Below are positions 32,684-42,615 of a DNA stretch of 64,000 nt, one piece after another; within the stretch, counting starts at the first letter, position 1; each line of letters opens with the position of its first letter. This DNA comes from Candidatus Eremiobacteria bacterium (lineage in GTDB: Bacteria; Vulcanimicrobiota; Vulcanimicrobiia; Vulcanimicrobiales; Vulcanimicrobiaceae): NCBI GenBank assembly GCA_963737065.1, contig CAVTRC010000002.1, positions 160,001-224,000 on the forward strand. Direction: 5' to 3'. The notes beneath the pieces are model-generated. The model ran no database searches. It saw nothing but the letters and a program-made list of their open reading frames with translations, and had not been told where the DNA came from. Made by a program: the position numbers and the translations under genes.

Positions 32684-33702
32684 ATGAGAATTCTCACGGG
32701 GGTAAAGCCCACGGGCAAGCCACACCTGGGAAACTATCTCGGTGCGATACGACCTGCGTTGGGTCTGGCGAAGAATGGGGCCATGCTCTTCATCGCAAAC
32801 TATCATGCTTTGACTACGGTGACTGACGCAGCCCAATTACGTCGCCTTACCTACGATGTTGCTGCATCATGGCTCGCTGCGGGGCTGGATCCCGAACGCG
32901 TGGTATTCTATCGCCAATCCGACGTGCGCGAAACGTTCGAGCTGTTCTGGCTGCTTTGCTGCACGACGCCGAAGGGAATGTTGAATCGTGCGCACGCCTA
33001 CAAAGCGATCGTCGATGAAAATTTGGCCCTCGGACGGGCTCCGGATGCCGCCGTTAACATGGGGATTTACAGCTACCCAGTCCTGATGGCGCAGACATGC
33101 TGCTCTTCGATGCGAACTTCGTTCCCGTAGGGGCGGACGAGAGACAACACGTCGAGATGGCGCGTGACGTCGCCGAACACTTCAACCGCTCGTTTGGCCC
33201 GGCCTTGACTATTCCCGAACTGCTCTTGAGCGGCGACGGCCAACCCTTACTCGGCACTGACGGTCGCAAGATGAGCAAGTCGTACGATAATGCAATCTCT
33301 CTATTTGCGTCGAGCGATGCGTTGCGAAAGTTGCTGCGTTCCTATAAGACCGACAGCACCGCTCCCCGTGCACCGAAGGATCCAGACGCGAATGGACTAT
33401 TTAGAATGTACGCCAGCTTTGTTGATGCTGATAAAGCAGCCGCCGTGCGCAAAGCGCTCCTATCAGGTGACATGATGTGGGACGAGCTGAAGGGCCTCAC
33501 GTTTGAGGCAGTCGATGGAGAGCTTTCTCCGTTGCGGCAGCGCTACGGCGAAATACGGAATGATGTGGCAGCACTGGAACGCATTCTTTCTCATGGGGGC
33601 GAAAAGGCGCGCGCAATTGCACGAAAAACCATGCAACGAGTGCGCGACGCGGTAGGCGTCGGTCACAGCCCCAGCATCGGCAAAGTCAAGGCCTTACACT
33701 GA
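32684..33702 (+). CDS. trpS: Tryptophanyl-tRNA synthetase, frameshift near 33090
   Basis: LTGVKPTGKPHLGNY, YRQSDV, YPVLMA, VPVG..QHVE and KMSKS motifs. Confidence 0.9.
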
Positions 33703-33766
33703 AGCGCGCCTGCGCGGGATCACTCTCGTAGTGATCGTGGTCGGCTTTTCGTGCGCCAAGCACGCC

Positions 33767-34693
33767 TTACATTGATCGCCGCATTGTCGCGCGGAACATG
33801 TCTTTGTCGGCGATGGAATAGTAGAGGTAGATGGCATCGCGTTCCTCGAGCGAGGACGCTGCAAAAGCGATGTCAGTGTCGGTCGTGTTGCGCGGAGGAG
33901 GCGGCGTCATGAGCGGTTCTTCGCAACGCGCAACGATGCGGGTATAGGTTTCATCGAAAATGGCCCAGCCAATTCGCCATTTGGCTTCTCGCGTTGCGCC
34001 GTTATAGAACATGACGGGGCGTCGCGGATCCGTCGTAAGCACGGGTCCCGTGCTCAGGTGCCACGAATCCCAGCGTCCCGGCCGCGAATTGAAAAACGGG
34101 TGGAGGATCCGCCATGGACCATGAACGGCGGGGGCGGATGCGATTCCGATTTTCGATGCGCCGGCAGATGCGTACTCGAAAAAGAGTCGCCAGGTTCCAT
34201 CCGCCACTCGGACAATCGTTGCTTCTTTCGGATTTTCGCACTGTGGCCTCGAAGAAAGCGCGATTCCCCGCTTTTTCAGGTGTTCAACGTCGGGGCCGGC
34301 GGCGAGGAAAAGCTGCCCACGCTTGAATGTCTGGTTCCAGCCGGTGTAATAGACGTAGTATGTTCCGTCAACTATGGCGAGTGTCGGGTCTTCGCATCCG
34401 TCTTTGTCGTCGTCGCCGGGGCCCGGCGCAATCACCGGCTGGTCACCCATGAGGAAATGCAAACCATCGCGGGAGCGACCGTAGTAGATCCGAGCGACCT
34501 TCTCGGCTGCAATCGTGGAGCGATTGACGGCGCGCAGTAAGAGTCCATAATGCGGCTTTTGCTGCCACACGAACGGACTGAGGGCGTACATCTCGGCGAG
34601 CGGACTCTTCCGCTCCAGCTCTAGCGATGTGATTTCGGCGACCGCGAAACCAGGTGTCTTAGCCATTACCGATTCGTCCATTGCCGATCCCAC
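33767..34693 (-). CDS. Five-bladed beta-propeller glycosidase (GH130/GH43-like)
   Basis: GCEDPT, YYVYYTG, MFYNG, WRIG and YLYYSIAD motifs. Confidence 0.75.
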   Translation of the reverse strand: MGSAMDESVMAKTPGFAVAEITSLELERKSPLAEMYALSPFVWQQKPHYGLLLRAVNRSTIAAEKVARIYYGRSRDGLHFLMGDQPVIAPGPGDDDKDGCEDPTLAIVDGTYYVYYTGWNQTFKRGQLFLAAGPDVEHLKKRGIALSSRPQCENPKEATIVRVADGTWRLFFEYASAGASKIGIASAPAVHGPWRILHPFFNSRPGRWDSWHLSTGPVLTTDPRRPVMFYNGATREAKWRIGWAIFDETYTRIVARCEEPLMTPPPPRNTTDTDIAFAASSLEERDAIYLYYSIADKDMFRATMRRSM

Positions 34694-34726
34694 ACGTTGC
34701 GCTCCTCTCGGACTGTGGCTCTCGTA

Positions 34727-35952
34727 TCACATCACGAATGTGCTGACGAGGAAGACTCCGGCAGCAATGCTTACGACAGCCGTCGTCGCCCAGCCCGCGG
34801 CTTTGAGCCATGGCGAAAAGGGCGTCCCCTGCATCACTTCTTTGTCGCCTGCTGCAAGTAGCATGAAGACGAGGGTGATCGGCGTGGCGATGCCGCCGGC
34901 GATTGAACTAATGAAGAGCAGCCGAATCGGCGATACGCCGGCGAAAGCCACGGCACAGCCGATCGCGGCGGCGAGCAACATCGTGGCATAAAATCCGCGC
35001 GCCTGAAAGAACTTCGCATCCAGTTGACCGACCCAGCGGAACATCTCGGCGACCACGTAGCCGGAGGTCGCGAGCAAGACCGGGAGGGCCAGGAGTGCCG
35101 AACCGAGCAGTCCGATCCCAAAGAACGCCGAAGCGAACCGGCCGGCGAAGGGGAAAAGCGCGGATGCGGCCTGCTGCGCCGTTTCGACCGTCCGGTGGTG
35201 GACGCCCAAGGTTGCACCCGTCGCGATGACGATGAACCAAAACGTAATTCCGGCCGCGATCGCTCCGAGGGTTGAATCGATCTGAACTAAACCCAGCCGA
35301 CGAGCGGAGGCCGTTCCTCGGCGATCTCGATCCCTTGCCAGACATAGGCATAGGCGGTCAACGTCGTGGCTAAGAGCGCGATACCGCCGGCCGTATACGC
35401 CGGGGACGGTTCGAAATGGGGAACGAGGGAATCGAGGAGTATGCGGTGCCAGTCCGGATGAGCGAAGAGCGCGGCTGCGATGTACGCAAGAAAGGCGAGC
35501 GGAATGTAGATGAGGATGGACTGGATGCGCGCATAATCCCGAGATGAGCAGTGCGACGCTGAACCGGCCAACGGCAGGATCCACCACTGGTAAGGAAGAT
35601 GCGTCAACAACTGGAGCGCCGCGCCGCCCCCTTCGAGATCGGCCGAAAATGTCAGAACGTTCACCACGAGCACTGCTAGGAGCACGACGGCGGCGCTTAC
35701 AGTTCCGTAACGCTCTCGCACGATATCCTCGAGGCCACTGCCTTTGGCAACCGTGCCGACCTGCGAACTGATGGCTTGGACGACGGCGAGCATGGGGATC
35801 ACGAGCACGACCAGCCAGCCCAGTCCGTAGACCGTCGTCGACCCGATAACGGCCAGCGTCGCGACGGTGGTTGGATCATTGTCGGACGCGGCCGAAATGA
35901 TCCCCGGAACCATCGAGCGGAAGAGGCCGAACTTGCCCGCCGCGGGAAGCAT
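34727..35952 (-). pseudogene. NRAMP-family divalent metal transporter, frameshifted
   Basis: PGIISAASDNDPTT, ADLEGG, TTLTAY and VETAQQAASALFP motifs split across frames. Confidence 0.8.
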
Positions 35953-36124
35953 CAGACGCGCTTTCTTCTCACATACACCAGCTTCATCGTCGCAAAATTG
36001 CGCCAGGCACCGATCGGTGGCGGTGCTCGAAACGCCTGGCCGGTATGTTATCGAAATGCCGAAGGTCGTCCGTACCCGCGCAAAAGCGGCCTTTCAGCGC
36101 GCTGGCAGAACGCGAGGCGACCGA

Positions 36125-36341
36125 TGGGTGTGGCGGGTGCATCATGGGAGAAGATCCCGGCAGCTCCGTGGTCAACAGCTATCTGCAGATGCGGGATTTC
36201 GAGAACGTCTTTGTCATTGGTGCGTCCGCCTTTCCGCAGAACGCCGGCTTCAATCCGACGTGCACCGTAGGCGCACTTTCGTACCGTGCAGCGGACGGCA
36301 TTATCAATCACTACATGAAGAAACCCGGGCCTCTGGTCTAA
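36125..36341 (+). pseudogene. C-terminal fragment of a GMC oxidoreductase (gluconate 2-dehydrogenase-like)
   Basis: GGCIMGEDPGSSVVNSYLQ..NVFVIGASAFPQNAGFNPT.TVGAL with no N-terminal part. Confidence 0.8.
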
Positions 36342-36379
36342 TGCATTACAATGTCTGGCCTCGCTCGGCTTTCGCGTAA

Positions 36380-37169
36380 GCCTGCGCACCACCATTACGC
36401 CCGTTGAGCCCTATCGCCTCGACTTGACGGCCCAGGGCGCTGCGCCGGGTAAGCAGCAACATCGTCGACGTCCTCGCGCGCAAAGGAACATACCTGCGTG
36501 GGTTGCGCGGCGAGCACTGCGTCAATATCATCGAAGTCCAACAGGAAGCGGACGGAAGTCTCGTGGTGCGGATTAGCGGGCGCGGCGCCGGCGTGCAGCT
36601 GGAAACTGTGAGAACGTTATTGGGGACGGGCGTGGACCTTCGTCGTTGGTACCGCCGGGTGGCGCGCTACCCGTGGCTCGCGCGCTCGCGCGGGATCTGC
36701 GCGGCGTGAAGCCGCCACGCTATCCCGACCTGTGGGAGGCGCTGTGCAACGGGATCGTGTTCCAGCAACTGAGCATTGCAGCGATCAAGATCTGTTGAGC
36801 CTAGGGCTGAGCCGTCAAAAGGTGACATACTTGAAAAATGCCGCTGCAGCGGTGAAGTCGGGTGCGATTACCATCTGCCCGCATTGCGCCGCTTCCGATG
36901 GCGGAGGCACTTATCGAATTGCAATCGGTCAATGGCATGGTCATTGGAGCGCCGCGAACATTCTCTTGCGGGGCTTCGGGCGTCTCGATGTTTTCCCGAT
37001 GGGCGACACAGGGGTCGCACAGAACATCAAACGTCTATCCGGCGATCCGCACGTCCGTCTGGACGATGTCTTTCTTGCACTTGGCGATATGCAAGGGATG
37101 CTCTATTTTCATCTCCTGCTCGGTAAATTGCGCAGTCGGCCGGCTTTCTCATCGGCGGCTTCGAATTGA
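36380..37169 (+). pseudogene. AlkA-type DNA-3-methyladenine glycosylase, frameshifted and internally deleted
   Basis: PYRLDLT, KPPRYPDLWEAL..IVFQQLS, GLSRQK and WSAANILLRGFGRLDVFPMGD pieces. Confidence 0.75.
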
Positions 37170-37274
37170 ATGAAATGGCGCGCGAGCGCTGCGCCGCTGG
37201 TGGTCTGTCGCGCTGCTTAGCGGGAGTGGGACATTTCACATGTTTACGATGATTCGCTGCCGTCGACAGCCACA

Positions 37275-37538
37275 TTGGAGAGAGTTTTGAAACTCGTAAC
37301 TGCAATAAATGCCCAAGACCTGGAGCATGCCACGCTGATTGCCGAATCGAACGAATTCGCGATCTATGACGTCGGCAATGACACCTACGCGCTCGTCCAT
37401 CGACATGCAGCCGTTGAATGGCAGGCGATCACGATCTCCGGCGACGGTCTCTTCCGGGTGCTCGAAATATTAGCGCAGGCTACCCGCACCTTGTACCGAG
37501 ACGTCGCATGCGATCTTTCAAGGCAGCGCCGTTCCTAG
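37275..37538 (+). CDS. Hypothetical protein
   Basis: Clean 87 aa ORF with protein-like composition, no recognised motif. Confidence 0.5.
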   Translation: MERVLKLVTAINAQDLEHATLIAESNEFAIYDVGNDTYALVHRHAAVEWQAITISGDGLFRVLEILAQATRTLYRDVACDLSRQRRS

Positions 37539-37685
37539 GCGAAACTGCGCTAGACCGTAAGACGCTAACGGAAAGCGGCACCGGAGCCGACGTAACCGAC
37601 GGCTCGCACGCGGCGGGCATTGCACGGATATACGAAGCTGATACAATGCCGACATCGAGTCGATGAATGAAGGAAGCGCAGTACG

Positions 37686-37904
37686 GTGACGAACCGGCGA
37701 TTTCGCAAGGGCGATCACGTGAGTTGGAATTCGGAAGCCGGCCGCGTCTCCGGCAGGATCGTTAAAGTGATCACATCGGAAATCCAATTCAAAGGTTACA
37801 CGGTTCATGCGAGCGACGATGAACCGCAATACGAGATTAAAAGTGATGAGACCGATCACATTGCGATGCACAAAGGCTCGGCATTGACGAGACTCGCTGA
37901 CTGA
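37686..37904 (+). CDS. DUF2945 (HVA1 Tudor-like) small protein
   Basis: GDHVSWNSEAG..HASDDEPQYEIKSDETDHIAMHKGSAL. Confidence 0.85.
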   Translation: MTNRRFRKGDHVSWNSEAGRVSGRIVKVITSEIQFKGYTVHASDDEPQYEIKSDETDHIAMHKGSALTRLAD

Positions 37905-38105
37905 CGCCGGTACTCCAGCACGGCGCAGGCGCCGAAGTCTAGCGCGATCGACCTCGACGATCCCATTGCGCTTCGTAGAGCGCCACGGCCATGCACCGTT
38001 GATGCAACCTCGTCGACGGTGCGCCCCATGAAGCCGGAAAAACGATCTTGATTGCGGAGTGTGCGACCCAGCCGCAGCGCATCTGCATGATGATCGGCGT
38101 CGGCG

Positions 38106-38852
38106 CTAATTTTGGAGTTTGATGTTCGAGAAATCGATCTGGCGCACGAGCGTTTCGCCTTCATATCCGAGAACGCGTATTGGAAGATTGCTCGTCGTTG
38201 AAATATCGACAATTTCGCGCGTCAAAGCGGTGTCGCTGCCGGAGGAGTTCGGAATAAGCGTAACGGCGTCAGTCGCGACACCGTCGATTACGGGACCCGT
38301 ACCCGCGGAGATTGTCCCCGGTGTATCGTGTGCGTGAGCAAGAATGGCAGCAAAGCTTAATTCATCGATGGATGACCCGCGGATAGTCGTGACGGCCGGA
38401 TCATGTAGTGCGAAGGTTTTCTTAAATAGCGCCGTCAAGCCGGAACCGCGGTGCGCGACCACGGTGTTACCGCCGCTCCACACGGCCGTCACGCCCGAAT
38501 TTGGGCCTTTGTCGTAGTGTACCGTGGCATTCGCCGGCTTGTGAAACGTATACTCGAATACCGCATTCTGCACCGTTGTGCCCTTCCGCTCGAAAATGGT
38601 GACCGTCGCGCTGTAGCCCGTGATGTTCGTCCACGCGCGGTCGAATGCGGCCAATGCGGCTGGGATCGCCGAAGGCGACGGACGTACTGGCGCCACGGAC
38701 GGTGATGGGCTTCCCGTTATCTGCGTCTGCGCGGGCGCCGATGTGATCAGCGAAATGATCGTTGTGCAAGCGACGATAACTATGACGATCGTCATTCTTG
38801 TCAACGAACTGCCTTGCATCGAAGGTTCAGAAACCGCATGCTTACCTTTCAC
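38106..38852 (-). CDS. Secreted protein, LolA/lipoprotein-carrier-like fold suspected
   Basis: Signal peptide, YSATV..FHKP and C-terminal LPIRV..YEG..VRQIDFSNIK. Confidence 0.55.
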   Translation of the reverse strand: MKGKHAVSEPSMQGSSLTRMTIVIVIVACTTIISLITSAPAQTQITGSPSPSVAPVRPSPSAIPAALAAFDRAWTNITGYSATVTIFERKGTTVQNAVFEYTFHKPANATVHYDKGPNSGVTAVWSGGNTVVAHRGSGLTALFKKTFALHDPAVTTIRGSSIDELSFAAILAHAHDTPGTISAGTGPVIDGVATDAVTLIPNSSGSDTALTREIVDISTTSNLPIRVLGYEGETLVRQIDFSNIKLQN

Positions 38853-39085
38853 GACGTCTTTATTTACCAGGCTTTATAGCCTCCATTTTATAATTTCTGT
38901 CCAGTCAGATGAAAACATCGTCTCGATTAGGGACGATTAAGGAAACCACTTGGTGATCGGTTGCCGATTCGTGAAGCGAACTGACAAGGCGCACGCGCCG
39001 TATTCGTAAATAGCAAGCAGCGCGATAAGGAATGAACGCAGAGCGGTGAGCGGGAACACGCGCTCAGAGAAGTGCAACACTTGCC

Positions 39086-40207
39086 GTGATCGAACGACCA
39101 CTTCGTAGCCTTATTTTTGTTGGGTTGGCAATCGGCATCGCGGTGCTCGCGTGGATCGTTGGCGCGGTCATCGAACACGTGAAAAATCTTTTCACGACGA
39201 TTATCATCGCGATCCTGTTTGCATATGTGATCTACCCGGCGGTTCGCCGGCTTAGTACGCGGATGCCGCGGCCGCTTGCCGTCATCGTCGTTTACATTTT
39301 AGCCTTTGCAGCGATCGGCTTCACGGCCGCTTACTTGGCCCCGGCGATCGCAACCGAAGCGATCGAACTTGCGCGGGCGATGCCCGCTGCATTACGCAGC
39401 GTGGAAAGCCAGGTTGCGCATCCGGGAACGAGCCAGTTCTTGGCGCACTTCCCACTCGCAGTCCGCACATTTATCGTTCAGAACGCCGCTCGCTTTGAAG
39501 TAATTGCGACCACGTTTGCGGGAAACGTCGGCTTGCACGCCCTCGACGTTCTGCACGGGACGGCGACGCTCGTCGTCGACACTTTTGTGATGCTGGCGCT
39601 CGCATTTTTCTTCATCATCGAAGCGGACCAGATACGGGCGACTTTTCTCCGGCTAGTTTCGCGCGATGCCCGGCCGGCAGCAACGAGCTTCATTGACGAG
39701 GTAGATCGGGTGATCAGCGGATTCGTCAGGGGCCAGGTTCTTCTCGCAATCGTCATCGGAATCGTTGTAACGCTGGTCTTATTGATCACGGGAGTACGCT
39801 ACGCGACGTTGCTCGGTGTATTTGCCGGCTTCGCAAGCGTCGTTCCAATCGTCGGCGAATTCATCGGAGCTGTTCCTACGTTCCTTGTTGCGCTTTTTAC
39901 TGTCGGACCGATTAAAGCACTGATCGTTCTGGCGCTGTTCATCGTCGTGTTCGAGGTGCAGGGCCGTGTTCTAGCACCAATCATCGTCGGCAAGAGCGTT
40001 GGCGTGTCCCCGCTGGTCATTTTCGTTTCGATCCTCGTCGGTGCTGAGGCGTTCGGCGTTGTCGGAATGATCGTGGCAGTACCGGTTGCTGGAATAATTC
40101 GCGTGGCGCTCGACCGGCTAGCTCCCCCCGAAGCGAGCGCGGAAATCACATCGGTCGAACCACGTGACGTTGCTGTTCGCCACGATACGAGGTCAGATAA
40201 ACTTTAG
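39086..40207 (+). CDS. AI-2E family (PerM/TqsA) transporter
   Basis: AYVIYP, GFVRGQ, VPIVG, LAPIIVGKSVGVSP and GVVGMIVAVP motifs. Confidence 0.9.
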   Translation: MIERPLRSLIFVGLAIGIAVLAWIVGAVIEHVKNLFTTIIIAILFAYVIYPAVRRLSTRMPRPLAVIVVYILAFAAIGFTAAYLAPAIATEAIELARAMPAALRSVESQVAHPGTSQFLAHFPLAVRTFIVQNAARFEVIATTFAGNVGLHALDVLHGTATLVVDTFVMLALAFFFIIEADQIRATFLRLVSRDARPAATSFIDEVDRVISGFVRGQVLLAIVIGIVVTLVLLITGVRYATLLGVFAGFASVVPIVGEFIGAVPTFLVALFTVGPIKALIVLALFIVVFEVQGRVLAPIIVGKSVGVSPLVIFVSILVGAEAFGVVGMIVAVPVAGIIRVALDRLAPPEASAEITSVEPRDVAVRHDTRSDKL

Positions 40208-40713
40208 CACTATACGGTTCCATCGCCATGGAACGCGAGCCACGGCGATTGCAACGGCGTAGTCGACCGCAGACGCGGGTTGCGTAAAACCGGATCTGCT
40301 TGCTCTTGTGACCTAGAGCGCGACCGGAATCTTCACCCCAGCCCGTCCGTGACTCTGTGCGTCGCTACGATTAACGTTGAACGGGGTGATAGCCCCGATT
40401 TTACGCGCGGCGCGCCTGTGGAGTTCAACAACACTATTCTGAGATCGTCGCGCGCAATAGCGACGCGCTAGCGCGACTCTCGGCCGCTGACGGACGGTCG
40501 GGTAAGGCCACCGAGAGTTCATCCGCGTCTCATCGCCGTTTGTTTGTGGCACTGTTCGTTGACGAAGGAACAGTAATGGGACCGTTCAGCTTGATTAGCG
40601 GCGCACCGAAACACGTACCGCCTGAAATCCGTCGTATACGGCGCATTCGGTGCCTTGAAGCCTCGGGGCGGGCGTTTTTCAAAAGGCTGGTATGCCTGGC
40701 TCACAGCGTGGAT

Positions 40714-40941
40714 CTAAAGCCACGTGAATTTGCGCTGTTGCTCGAACTGGCGAACAATGTCGGCATCGCGCTTTCACGCGAACGGTTGCTCGAACGCGTG
40801 TGGGGTTTTGATTTCGACGGCGACGAACGCACGGTGGACGTGCACGTTCGGCGACTGCGCGCGAAGATCGAAGAGGAAGCGAAGATTCCCGCGATGGTAC
40901 AAACGATCCACGGTTTCGGCTACAAGTTCGTGCGCGGGTGA
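40714..40941 (+). pseudogene. Displaced 3' third of the OmpR regulator (right direct repeat)
   Basis: LKPREF...GFGYKFVRG* with no receiver domain, abutting the intact kinase. Confidence 0.92.
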
Positions 40942-40945
40942 ATGC

Positions 40946-42079
40946 TTGCAGCGGCGTGTTCTCCGCAGCGATGGGTTCGTGCATGGACTTACTGAAGCGC
41001 TCGAAGCGCGCCGTGCACCGATACCGGTGCTCGTGTTGCGCCTTCCCGAGTTTGCCGAACTCGCCTGGCAAGATGGCCGCCGCGCCGCGCAGCGGTTGGA
41101 ACGAACGACCGTGCGTGTCTTCGCCGCCGCCGCCGATCGCATCATGCGCGATGGTGACATCCTCGGTCATGATCGCGGGAGCGACTGGTTTGCCGTCGCA
41201 ATGCTTTCGCCGACGCGCGCTGGCGCCGCGTTCGGTGCAATCGATGCGCGAGCGGCGCTGGAACGGATATGCGCAACTGTCGCCGTTGAAACGGGACGCC
41301 GCGTGGAGTCCGGCTGGTGGCCGGTTGAGTCACCGGCCGAAATCGACGCATTCGATGCGACGCGCGCGGCGGCGCTCGAGCGCGGCGCGCGCGAACGCGA
41401 GCGCTACGAGTTCCTTGCGACCGTAGGCCACGAATTGCGTACGCCGCTGACATCGATACGCGGATACATCGAAACGCTCCTCGATGAAGACGTTGACGGC
41501 GATACGACGCGGCGATTCCTCGAAACCGCCCGGCGAGAGGCGCTGCGACTTGCGCGACTCGTCGACGGAATGCTGGATTTCTCTATGCTGCATCTCCACT
41601 TGCCGGCCGCGTGCGGCGTCACCGAAATCGGTGCGGCGATACGCGCGGCGCTCGACGCGCTCGAACCGATCGCACGCGAGAGCGGCGTGACCGTGCGGTT
41701 CTCGAGCACGCTGGATGCGCGCGTGCGCATTGACGCCGACTCGTGTATGCACGCGCTCCTCAACGTCATCGAAAACGCAATAAAGTATTCCGGCAGCGGC
41801 GGAGCCGTGGAACTGTCGGTTAGCCGCGCGGATCCTTTTGTTTGCGTGAACGTCGACGATAACGGTCTCGGCGTTCCACCGGAAGAACGCGAGCGTATCT
41901 TCGGTTACGGTGCGCGCGCGCGCGTTCACGAGGGCGTTCGCGGCAAGGGCGTCGGTCTGACAATCGTGCGCGCGATCGTCGAGCGCGCCGGCGGACGAAT
42001 TGAGGTGGCGGACTCGCATCTCGGCGGAGCGAAATTTATCGTCGCATTTCCGTTCGCGGATTTCCATCATCCGATCTGA
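40946..42079 (+). CDS. Cytoplasmic sensor histidine kinase with a degenerate GGDEF-like N-terminus
   Basis: GHELRTPLTSIRG H-box, NVIENAIKY, DDNGLG and GKGVGL motifs. No TM segment. Start uncertain (TTG). Confidence 0.9.
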   Translation: MQRRVLRSDGFVHGLTEALEARRAPIPVLVLRLPEFAELAWQDGRRAAQRLERTTVRVFAAAADRIMRDGDILGHDRGSDWFAVAMLSPTRAGAAFGAIDARAALERICATVAVETGRRVESGWWPVESPAEIDAFDATRAAALERGARERERYEFLATVGHELRTPLTSIRGYIETLLDEDVDGDTTRRFLETARREALRLARLVDGMLDFSMLHLHLPAACGVTEIGAAIRAALDALEPIARESGVTVRFSSTLDARVRIDADSCMHALLNVIENAIKYSGSGGAVELSVSRADPFVCVNVDDNGLGVPPEERERIFGYGARARVHEGVRGKGVGLTIVRAIVERAGGRIEVADSHLGGAKFIVAFPFADFHHPI

Positions 42080-42165
42080 AGTATACCGGACGCGAACCGC
42101 GCGTGCGCACCGGCGCCGCCGGCGGAGCGATCGACGACTCGCTCAGCCGACTTCGTTATCACGCG

Positions 42166-42432
42166 TTACCTAGCAGATGCGCCTAATTCATCCGGCGGGA
42201 TCTCGATGTGCGCGACCGCGTCTATCGGATTCGCTTCCTGCTCAAGAGCGGCCTGAAGCGAACGCGCAACCTCAAAGTCTTTCTCGCGCCGGAGTACGCA
42301 GATAACGCCTGGGGCGCCGTGCGCGACTCCGATAACGTCCCATCCACGAGACGATAGCTCTGTAAGCTGCGCGGAGAGCTTTTCGTCGGGGTCGCCGGTT
42401 TGGATTCGGTATTCATGCGATACTCTAGCCAT
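42166..42432 (-). CDS. Small hypothetical protein (DUF4177-like)
   Basis: EYRI...LTELSSRGWDVIGV...VLRREK pattern. Confidence 0.55.
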   Translation of the reverse strand: MARVSHEYRIQTGDPDEKLSAQLTELSSRGWDVIGVAHGAPGVICVLRREKDFEVARSLQAALEQEANPIDAVAHIEIPPDELGASAR

Positions 42433-42615
42433 GATGCTTCGTTCGCGATGACCCGTGATAAGCACATTCCTCCCTATGTGAGCCGGGCTGTGCCTTTTTA
42501 CGGTTCCAGCATCGCATGCGTACTCCACCCGGAATCGCCGCCGGCGCGCATCGGAACGGAAGTCGCAGAACCAAGGCAAAGCAAGAATTATACGGCTTGC
42601 ACTGAAGCGGTCGTC

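Larger units (their letters stand above)
14470..40713. mobile_element. ~26 kb accessory/genomic island between duplicated regulator 3' ends, no integrase seen
   Basis: Flanking diverged direct repeats, separation of a regulator from its kinase, mosaic cargo, many broken genes. Confidence 0.8.

Noticed and set aside
16458..37169. Programmed ribosomal frameshifting in cargo genes
   Set aside because: Too many scattered indels per gene with no common slippery motif. Error or decay is simpler
14470..40713. Prophage, ICE or transposon identity for the island
   Set aside because: No integrase, transposase, relaxase, conjugation or phage structural gene was recognised
40540..40941. 133 aa stand-alone winged-helix protein
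   Set aside because: The first ~58 residues are unrelated to the regulator. It is better explained as the displaced gene end
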